DNA of 64,000 bases from Candidatus Niyogibacteria bacterium CG10_big_fil_rev_8_21_14_0_10_46_36 (GTDB taxonomy: Bacteria; Patescibacteriota; Minisyncoccia; 1-14-0-10-42-19). The stretch spans positions 244-64,243 of the forward strand of contig PFCO01000001.1 in the NCBI GenBank assembly GCA_002772995.1, written 5' to 3'. The position numbers and the translations under genes were made by a program. This document shows positions 57,293 through 64,000 of the stretch, one piece after another. How positions within the stretch are numbered: position 1 is the stretch's first letter; each line of letters opens with the position of its first letter. The notes below the pieces were generated by a model, which had not been told where the DNA came from, searched no databases, and saw only the letters and a list, made by a program, of their open reading frames with translations.

Positions 57293-58261
57293 TTATTCCC
57301 GGTAATATTCGAGTGCTCCCTGATAGAGCGACTCCACATCTGAAAAGCGGCCGTCAAAACTTGAACCGAGAACAACAATAATAATCGTGCGCCCAAAACC
57401 GACATCCATGGCAACTGCAAGGTTTCCACCCGCAGCATCAGTATACCCTGTTTTCGATGCGCGGAGCCCTGGCAAGAAAGCTGCCGATGTGTTGCTATTC
57501 TGGAATGTATGCGCCATGTCCGACGAAGAAATGGTAATACTGTCTCTCTGAGTGCGCTCTAGCATGAACGGATGCTGGGTGATAAGAATACGAAGGAGAC
57601 GAGCGATACTTGCAGCGCTTCCCCACGCTCCCGGTTCTTTATTTTCTTCGTCTATATCTAAACCGGTTACATTTAAAAACCCGAGATCAGAAAGTCCGAG
57701 TTCCTCTTTTTTCGTATTCATATACTGCAAAAATACGGAGAGAGACGCATCCTCATCAATCTCTCCTTGATAGAACATGCTCCCCGCAAACGCGGCAAGT
57801 GCGTGCGCTGCATCATTAGATGACTGCACGAGCATGATATCCATCAAATCATCAAAATAAAACTTTTCCCCGACGAGAAGCCCATTATCTCCCTCTTCAC
57901 GGACTGCGGCTTCCGTTATGGACACTACAAGCGGAAACGGCGATGTTTTGCGCTCCTCCACATCCTGAAGCGCGAGCGCAGTCATCAGCTTTGCAATACT
58001 TGCGAGCGGGTAAACAGCTCTTTCATCTTTTGCAAAAAGAACCTTTCCTGAAGGATATTCTTCAACGATTACCCCCTTCGCTTTGATTGAGATGGCGTTA
58101 AATATCTTCTGCGCCCGTTCTTTCTCAAGGGTAACGCTGTCTGCCTGCGTCACTGCCGCAGTGTTGCTGGAGGCGCCACCCTGCTTCAAACGATCAAAAG
58201 GGGCTTGCAAAATGAAGCCCGCCAATAACACTCCTATCAATGTAGCGAAAAATGTTCTCAT
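57293..58261 (-). CDS. D-Ala-D-Ala carboxypeptidase (S11)
   Basis: ASIAKLMT, SSND, KTGYT. Confidence 0.9.
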   Translation of the reverse strand: MRTFFATLIGVLLAGFILQAPFDRLKQGGASSNTAAVTQADSVTLEKERAQKIFNAISIKAKGVIVEEYPSGKVLFAKDERAVYPLASIAKLMTALALQDVEERKTSPFPLVVSITEAAVREEGDNGLLVGEKFYFDDLMDIMLVQSSNDAAHALAAFAGSMFYQGEIDEDASLSVFLQYMNTKKEELGLSDLGFLNVTGLDIDEENKEPGAWGSAASIARLLRILITQHPFMLERTQRDSITISSSDMAHTFQNSNTSAAFLPGLRASKTGYTDAAGGNLAVAMDVGFGRTIIIVVLGSSFDGRFSDVESLYQGALEYYRE

Positions 58262-58866
58262 AATTGTTCATCTGCCCTTGGCGCATCCTCAGGTGGCGGC
58301 GCTGATTCATCTGTTTCGGCTTTGATGTGGCCTTCCTCATCTTCCGCTCCATGACGCGACAATTCCTCTTTGACGCGCTCGTATTCGGGCACATCTTCTA
58401 TCCGCGAAATGCCGAAATATTTTAAGAGGTCAAGCGAAGGTTTGTACAAGTACGAACGGGCGTCACCTGGGTTCGGAACGCGTTCTACCAGCCCACGCAC
58501 AAGAAGATTGCGGAGTGTAAAGCTCGAGTTCACTCCGCGGATATAATCAACATCGGGGCGGGACACAGGTCCTTTGTATACGATTATCGCAAGTGTCTCG
58601 GTAGCCGCCTTACTTAAGTCACCCGAAAATTCTTCCTTCATAACTTCAGATACCTCTTTTGAAGATTCAGGCGCAGTCACCAAACTTACCGCGTCTCCGG
58701 TAAATACCAGCCGTATTCCCCTGTCTTGGAGCGCGGCATTCAGTTCCTCAACCGCTTTGCTGACATCCTCAACGGAAGCACCAGTCAATGTCGCGAGCCG
58801 CTTAATGCTTGTTGCTTCTCCCAACACAAACAGGAGCGATTCAATTGTTTTCGCCAGTTTCTGCAT
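58258..58866 (-). CDS. scpB: SMC-Scp complex subunit ScpB
   Basis: IESLLF, LSKAATETLAII, IRGVNS. Confidence 0.93.
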   Translation of the reverse strand: MQKLAKTIESLLFVLGEATSIKRLATLTGASVEDVSKAVEELNAALQDRGIRLVFTGDAVSLVTAPESSKEVSEVMKEEFSGDLSKAATETLAIIVYKGPVSRPDVDYIRGVNSSFTLRNLLVRGLVERVPNPGDARSYLYKPSLDLLKYFGISRIEDVPEYERVKEELSRHGAEDEEGHIKAETDESAPPPEDAPRADEQL

Positions 58867-59557
58867 GATGTACATGGATATCATGGAATAAGCCCTTTTG
58901 TTCAGCAACGATTATGCCGTCCTTAAACAGCTCAAGAAGCGCAAGAAAGCTGACAATAACATCGGTCTTGTTTTTTTTATCGGTAAGCGCGCCGAAAAGC
59001 GCTTTTGGATTTTTCCGTATGCGCTCTGTTAATTCTTCTATTTTTTCCTCAAGCGTTACAATGCGTTCAAGAATGCGTTCGGGAAGCGGATCTTCTTTCG
59101 GCAAGCGCGAAACGATTGATTCGGCTGCTTCAAGAATATTAGAAAACACAAACCCTTCGGGCGGGAAAAACCCCACCTCAAAATCGTATGTAGTGTTCCG
59201 GGAATACATATGTTTGTGCCGCCCTGCAAGTTTCGTGAGGTTGGCCCCCAGCTCACGGAACATCTTCAGCTGCCGGAGCCGTTCTTGTAGTTCTTCTATG
59301 TCTGCTTCTTCTTCTTTATCTATTTCAAGCTGCGGGAGAAGCGAGCGTGATTTGATGAGCATTAATGTTGCCGCGATAACCAAGAACTGCGACACTTCGC
59401 GCTCAGGAAGATGTGGGAGTTCTTTTATATGAGCAAGGTACTCCCCCGCAATATCAGCAAGAGAGACTTCGCTTATAGAAAGCGTACGCTCCTCTATCAT
59501 GGTGAGAAGCATATCCAACGGACCCTCAAATGTTTGTGTTTTAATATGAAATATCAT
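58841..59557 (-). CDS. scpA: Segregation and condensation protein A
   Basis: FEGPLDMLL, AATLMLIKSRSLLP, FLALLEL. Confidence 0.93.
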   Translation of the reverse strand: MIFHIKTQTFEGPLDMLLTMIEERTLSISEVSLADIAGEYLAHIKELPHLPEREVSQFLVIAATLMLIKSRSLLPQLEIDKEEEADIEELQERLRQLKMFRELGANLTKLAGRHKHMYSRNTTYDFEVGFFPPEGFVFSNILEAAESIVSRLPKEDPLPERILERIVTLEEKIEELTERIRKNPKALFGALTDKKNKTDVIVSFLALLELFKDGIIVAEQKGLFHDIHVHHAETGENN

Positions 59558-59561
59558 AGCA

Positions 59562-60968
59562 CTATTTATCCTTTTCAATACGAAGCCCGAGTTCTCGTAA
59601 TTGTTCTTCAGATAACGGAGCAGGTGCGCGCATCATGAGGTCTCTGCCGTCCCCAGTCTTTGGGAATGCCATCACTTCGCGGATAGACGACTCGTTCTGA
59701 AGGATTGTATGAAAGCGGTCCAAACCGAACGCAATGCCGCCGTGCGGAGGCGCGCCATATGAGAACGCATCAAGCATATGCTTAAATTGATCGCCAAAAA
59801 TTTCTTTGTCATGTCCCAGCCGTTCAAACACCGTCTGCAAAAATTCAGGTTCATAAATACGAAGCGACCCTCCTGCTATTTCGCTTCCATTAAGCACTAC
59901 ATCGTATTGATGCGCCAAAAAATCCCCAAAATCTCTTCCTTCTTTTAGCGCCTGAAACGCGTCTCCGCCGTCCTTAAGCTTCGGTAAGGTAAACGGGTGG
60001 TGGACTGACGACCATGACCCGTCTTGAAGTTTTTCAAACATCGGAAAATCCGTAATGATAGCAAACGCAAGTTCGTCCGGGTCATCCTTATCTTTGCGCA
60101 GATCAGGATGGTCGCTTTTGTATTCTTTCATCGATTCTTCGTAGGTAAGATGCCGGAACGACGGCTTGGACAGCTTCTTTGTGGGGTACAATTCTTTGAC
60201 TACTGTTTCGCAAATTTCTTTCGCAAGACCGATGATATCCTCCTCTGACGCAAAACTCATCTCTATATCAAGTTGGGTAAATTCGGGCTGGCGGTCACCG
60301 CGCGTATCTTCATCGCGGAAACACCGTACAATCTGGAAATATTTTTCAAATCCCGCAACCATCAAAAGCTGTTTATATTGTTGAGGACTTTGCGGGAGGG
60401 CGTAAAACGAACCCTTTTGCAACCGGGATGGCACAACATAATCGCGCGCGCCCTCGGGAGTAGAGCGTGTAAGATACGGCGTTTCTATGTCGGTAAATCC
60501 TTTCTCTGCCAACATGTTGCGAATGAGTAAATGGACCGCCGCGCGCGCGCGGATATTTTTCTGGAGACGCTCGCGCCGTAAATCCAAATAACGATATGCA
60601 AGACGATGTTCTTCACCGATATCCTTGCCATCAGAATCAAGCGCAAAGGGCGGCGTTGCCGCCTGCGAAAGCACTTCAAGCGCTGTTGCATTTATCTCAA
60701 CACTTCCCGTCGGCATATCTTTATTTATCATGCCCTCGGGGCGCTTTTTCACTTCACCCTCAAGACGGATAACCCACTCGGGGCGCAGGGTGTCTGCAAC
60801 TTTCAAAAGCGCATCCTTCTTGGGATTAAACACTACCTGCACCGTCCCCGACATATCACGAAGGTCAATAAAAATAAGCTTGCCGTGATCGCGCCTAACC
60901 GAAACCCAGCCGAAAAGGGTCACCTTTTTGCCTGCATGTTCCGGAGTTTGGTTGATGAGAGTCCTCAT
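59562..60968 (-). CDS. aspS: Aspartyl-tRNA synthetase, bacterial type lacking the GAD insertion, probably non-discriminating
   Basis: RRDHG, TPEGARDY, LPQSPQ, FRDED, GAPPHGGIAFGLDR. Confidence 0.95.
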   Translation of the reverse strand: MRTLINQTPEHAGKKVTLFGWVSVRRDHGKLIFIDLRDMSGTVQVVFNPKKDALLKVADTLRPEWVIRLEGEVKKRPEGMINKDMPTGSVEINATALEVLSQAATPPFALDSDGKDIGEEHRLAYRYLDLRRERLQKNIRARAAVHLLIRNMLAEKGFTDIETPYLTRSTPEGARDYVVPSRLQKGSFYALPQSPQQYKQLLMVAGFEKYFQIVRCFRDEDTRGDRQPEFTQLDIEMSFASEEDIIGLAKEICETVVKELYPTKKLSKPSFRHLTYEESMKEYKSDHPDLRKDKDDPDELAFAIITDFPMFEKLQDGSWSSVHHPFTLPKLKDGGDAFQALKEGRDFGDFLAHQYDVVLNGSEIAGGSLRIYEPEFLQTVFERLGHDKEIFGDQFKHMLDAFSYGAPPHGGIAFGLDRFHTILQNESSIREVMAFPKTGDGRDLMMRAPAPLSEEQLRELGLRIEKDK

Positions 60969-61029
60969 AATATCCCTTTATACTATGGTATTTTGAGGCG
61001 TTGAGCAAGAACAAAATATCATAGAAATA

Positions 61030-61057
61030 TTGACAAAATATGAGAAAATGATATAAT
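61030..61057 (+). promoter_or_regulatory. Sigma70 promoter
   Basis: TTGACA-N16-TATAAT with extended TG. Confidence 0.7.
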
Positions 61058-61085
61058 TTTAAAAAATTAAAAAGGAGGTTATGTT

Positions 61086-61361
61086 ATGGGTCTTGCTCAA
61101 TTTAAAAGAGACCTCCAGGGATGGATGACAAATGAAGATGGCGATGACATCTGCCCGGATTGTTGGAGGAAAAGAATGGAAAATCCGGAAATAGATGAGC
61201 CCATTAAGAAGTGGCTTCTTGAATTCTCCCATCCCACCGCCTCTCTGCCAAAAGAATTACTAGCAACAAGACGGACGAGCGATGGCGGATGGTTTGCGTC
61301 TTGTGAGCATTGCTGGAAAATCGTAGCATCAAACTATTTCCCTCATGCCTCATTCATCTAA
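61086..61361 (+). CDS. Small protein with two CxxC motifs (putative zinc-binding)
   Basis: AAGGAGG SD; CPDC and CEHC; hairpin 61361-61389. Confidence 0.7.
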   Translation: MGLAQFKRDLQGWMTNEDGDDICPDCWRKRMENPEIDEPIKKWLLEFSHPTASLPKELLATRRTSDGGWFASCEHCWKIVASNYFPHASFI

Positions 61362-61392
61362 AAGGACTCCTATCAAACGGAGTCCTTTCTTT

Positions 61393-62025
61393 TTATTCAC
61401 CCTCAAAATAAAGCACTTTTATTTTTTCGCGGAGCATTTCCGTGCCCACTTCGTACGATGTCCCACTCCCAAGCGAAAACGGCCTCCCAAAACGGATAAC
61501 TATCTTTTTTTTTCCGTTTTGCGTTTGCGGACGGAATGAAATAGGTACAATCGGTATGCCTGCTTTTATGGCTATGGCGGCTGCTCCCCGATAAAATTTC
61601 CCCACGGTATCCTCAAATATCCGTTCGCCTTCCGGAAAAACAAAGATAGAGTAACCTTTTTTTGCAAGCAAAACAGGCAGGTCGGTCGCATGCTCAACCC
61701 CCAAGCCTCTGCCCGATGGGAATGCTCCTGCCAGCTTGAATATGACGGAAAGCGCACGAATCTTGCGGAAGAACTCCAGAAGTGGAGTTTTGAATTGCTT
61801 AGTTTCTACCATGAAACGAACCGGGAATATGGGATGAAAAAATGGGAATTGCATCAATATGTAGACCTTATCCAAGATGCCTTTGTGGGTAGAAGCAAAG
61901 ACTACAGGCGGATGCATCGTAGCAAGCACCCGATGCGGATCGTGTACTTCAACATTGCTAAATAAAAACAGCGGCTTGGCAATAAGCCACAAGAACCGCT
62001 GTATAATTGTATACACTATACTCAT
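61393..62025 (-). CDS. Lysophospholipid acyltransferase (PlsC family)
   Basis: HKGILD (HX4D), FPEGER, PIVPI. Confidence 0.88.
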   Translation of the reverse strand: MSIVYTIIQRFLWLIAKPLFLFSNVEVHDPHRVLATMHPPVVFASTHKGILDKVYILMQFPFFHPIFPVRFMVETKQFKTPLLEFFRKIRALSVIFKLAGAFPSGRGLGVEHATDLPVLLAKKGYSIFVFPEGERIFEDTVGKFYRGAAAIAIKAGIPIVPISFRPQTQNGKKKIVIRFGRPFSLGSGTSYEVGTEMLREKIKVLYFEGE

Positions 62026-62031
62026 ACAGGA

Positions 62032-62928
62032 TTAACTGTTTTGCCCTCCCTGTATATGGATGACTCGCTGTGGAAATGGAATCTCAATCCCCCGTTCATC
62101 AAATACATTTTTTACCCGGCGGCGATACTCCCGCGCAACCGCCCACTGTTCTCCAGGTCTTGTTTCTCCAAGCAGTTTGATAATGACCGAAGAATCTGCA
62201 AATTCACTGACCCCCAGCGCTTCTATCGGTTTTCTGAATTTCTCCCCCCACGCCTCGTCTTTTGCCATATCCTGCCCTATTTCATTCAAAACCGCGATAA
62301 CATCATCAACGCGCGCGCTGTAAGAAATCCCGATATCCAGATGCACCCGCGATTCAAACTTGGTCATGTTGGATGCAGTTGATATTGTTCCGTTCGGCAC
62401 ATGATGTTCCACGCCATCCAGGTCGCGCAATATAGTGTGGCGCAAATTTATCTCTTGCACCTCCCCGGATACCCCTGCGATTTTAACCACATCACCTTTT
62501 CGGTATTGATCCTCAAGGATAATAAAAAATCCCGCGATAATATCCTTAATAAGCCATTGTCCGCCAAATCCTAATGCAATGCCCGCAATGCCTGCGCCCG
62601 CAATGAGAGGACCCGTGTCTACACCGAGCTCCGAAAGAATCATAATCCCTCCAAATATCCATATAGCCACTTTTATTGCCGAAGAAAACACCCCTGCGAG
62701 CGTTTCTCTGCGCTTCGTCTGGGCTTTACTATCGCGCGATTTATAGGCGTGCTGGGTGTATCCTTCAACGGCTTTCCGTATCGCAATCCGCACTATTTTC
62801 TGTGCCGCAAAAAGCACCACGACAATAAATATCAGGCGGACACCGTGCTCAAAAAACCACGGTCCAACAACATCACTAATCAAAATTGAAAAATCCATAA
62901 GAGTTGTGTAAATAAGAGAATGTCCCAA
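62032..62928 (-). CDS. Small-conductance mechanosensitive channel (MscS/YbiO-like)
   Basis: GAGIAGIALGFGGQ, EDQYRKGD, IEIPFPQR. Confidence 0.93.
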   Translation of the reverse strand: MGHSLIYTTLMDFSILISDVVGPWFFEHGVRLIFIVVVLFAAQKIVRIAIRKAVEGYTQHAYKSRDSKAQTKRRETLAGVFSSAIKVAIWIFGGIMILSELGVDTGPLIAGAGIAGIALGFGGQWLIKDIIAGFFIILEDQYRKGDVVKIAGVSGEVQEINLRHTILRDLDGVEHHVPNGTISTASNMTKFESRVHLDIGISYSARVDDVIAVLNEIGQDMAKDEAWGEKFRKPIEALGVSEFADSSVIIKLLGETRPGEQWAVAREYRRRVKNVFDERGIEIPFPQRVIHIQGGQNS

Positions 62929-63078
62929 GATTGCGCTTCCTCCTTTTTAAAAACGGATATCTCGGAAAACTATAACAAATGAAGAGTTATATGTATAGTA
63001 TAAAATGAAACAGATATTTATCAAAACCGCGCACTCCCCCTTGAAAATCCTGTAAAATTTGGCATAATGAGGAAACAT

Positions 63079-63151
63079 CCGCCCGTAGCTCAGTTGGTAG
63101 AGCAGCAGCCTTTTAAGCTGAGGGTCGAAGGTTCGAGTCCTTCCGGGCGGA
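63079..63151 (+). tRNA. tRNA-Lys(TTT), CCA not encoded
   Basis: ccgcccg/cgggcgg acceptor, ctTTTaa loop, GGTTCGAGTCC; TTGAAA-N16-CATAAT upstream. Confidence 0.95.
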
Positions 63152-63158
63152 CAAATAT

Positions 63159-63183
63159 AAAAATCCCGCAATGCGGGATTTTT
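63159..63183. terminator. Bidirectional terminator
   Basis: aaaaatcccgca-a-tgcgggattttt. Confidence 0.8.
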
Positions 63184-63677
63184 TATTGTATGGCTATGGA
63201 TTTCAAATTTAAAACCGGCCTGTAGTTTAAATAGATATATCTATTACCGCCCTCTCTATAGGTATCTATGCCTGTGGAATAAAAAATGTTTTTTAGGCAC
63301 ACGCGGTCAAAATTGAGCTGGATGGTCTCTCCGGTAAACATGCGTATTATGCGCTCGTCATCCAAGGAAGGAACACCGAAGAAGGTAGTATCACATGCTA
63401 TATAAAACCCGTCGTAATACAATCTTCCGAGCTTAAATGTCCGTACGGTTTTCACAAGGTAAATGCGTTTCTTGCTTTCAAAAACCTTCTTTTGATACGC
63501 GGTAAGTGCGTGTTGGGAACCACCGACAGTATCTACTCGTACCATTTCTTTAACCACAAAGGTCATTTTTTGTGCATCGCCGCACGTTTCTACCATTACA
63601 TTACGCGGATTACACCCCCATGCATCCCCAAAAATAGCCAAGAAAAAGACGAGCGAGCCTCCTATAAGCGTATACAC
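63183..63677 (-). CDS. Hypothetical exported protein; start uncertain (possibly ATA at 63725)
   Basis: Hydrophobic N-terminus; frame stays open upstream through a Lys-rich segment. Confidence 0.6.
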   Translation of the reverse strand: MYTLIGGSLVFFLAIFGDAWGCNPRNVMVETCGDAQKMTFVVKEMVRVDTVGGSQHALTAYQKKVFESKKRIYLVKTVRTFKLGRLYYDGFYIACDTTFFGVPSLDDERIIRMFTGETIQLNFDRVCLKNIFYSTGIDTYREGGNRYIYLNYRPVLNLKSIAIQ

Positions 63678-63726
63678 GCATACTTTTGTCCAATCTATTT
63701 TTTCTTTTTTAATGTGCTTTTTTATA

Positions 63727-64000
63727 TCACACTCCCTCTTCCCGTAACTCTTCGAAGAGTTTTTTTGCCTTACGGGAAAGTTTTTTTGGATTTTTCACGA
63801 GCACGCGTATGAGCAGGTCTCCCTTTTTGCCAGATTGCATCGGCACGCCCCGCTCGCGCACGCGGAGCACTTCGCCCGAATCAATGCCTTCGGGTATTTT
63901 TATTTTTATCTTACCATCAATAGATTCTATCACTTTCTCCCCGCCAAGCACTGCTTCGGTCATAGGGACTTCGAGGTCCATAATAAGATTTGTGCCATGG
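63727..64000 (-). CDS. dnaJ: DnaJ-family chaperone, C-terminal part (truncated by window edge)
   Basis: EAVLGG, IKIPEG, LRVRERGVP, GDLLIRV.V..PKKLS. Confidence 0.88.
   Translation of the reverse strand, partial: HGTNLIMDLEVPMTEAVLGGEKVIESIDGKIKIKIPEGIDSGEVLRVRERGVPMQSGKKGDLLIRVLVKNPKKLSRKAKKLFEELREEGV

Noticed and set aside
1823-60888. Long antisense ORFs in the track (e.g. 22307-23254, 18536-19330, 16303-16959, 36160-36798)
   Set aside because: Shadow frames of well-supported genes with no motifs of their own
1-64000. Alternative genetic code (TGA=Gly) for the genome
   Set aside because: Core genes are full length under code 11 and several end in TGA (murG, def, mraY, holB)

Overview
This is a gene-dense chromosomal window read with the standard genetic code. 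It is most consistent with a Patescibacteria/CPR genome, probably Parcubacteria-like. That is inferred from the shortened ProRS, AspRS, HolB and MurF, a fragmented dcw cluster, the absence of amino-acid or fatty-acid biosynthesis genes, the presence of bL9 and many apparently leaderless genes. Core content covers cell wall and shape (murA, two mreB, mreC, mreD-like, ftsW, murG, mraZ-rsmH-ftsL-ftsI-murF, mrdA, mraY, DD-carboxypeptidase), translation (proS, gltX, cysS, lysS, aspS, frr, def, fmt, rplU, rpmA, rplI, tRNA-Glu, tRNA-Lys) and replication/repair (dnaB, recR, holB-like, rmuC, scpAB), plus pyrG, greA, a TreT-ROK-transaldolase sugar cluster and a co-oriented accessory block at about 40.8-46.3 kb below tRNA-Glu. 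No CRISPR array, rRNA, transposase or integrase was seen. The strongest unexplained signal is an ~380-nt intergenic minus-strand unit (35274 to 34888). It has its own TTGACA/TACAAT promoter and intrinsic terminator, folds by eye into six contiguous helical domains and lacks RNase P, tmRNA and SRP hallmarks, making it a candidate novel large ncRNA directly upstream of a PolX-8-kDa-domain fusion gene. Next are a 179-bp hairpin-rich mini-element that duplicates the tRNA-Glu 3' end, a DnaA-box/MraZ-box cluster upstream of mraZ, a dispersed 30-bp palindrome and two small membrane ORFs missed by the ORF track. All structures were folded by eye and no searches were run.
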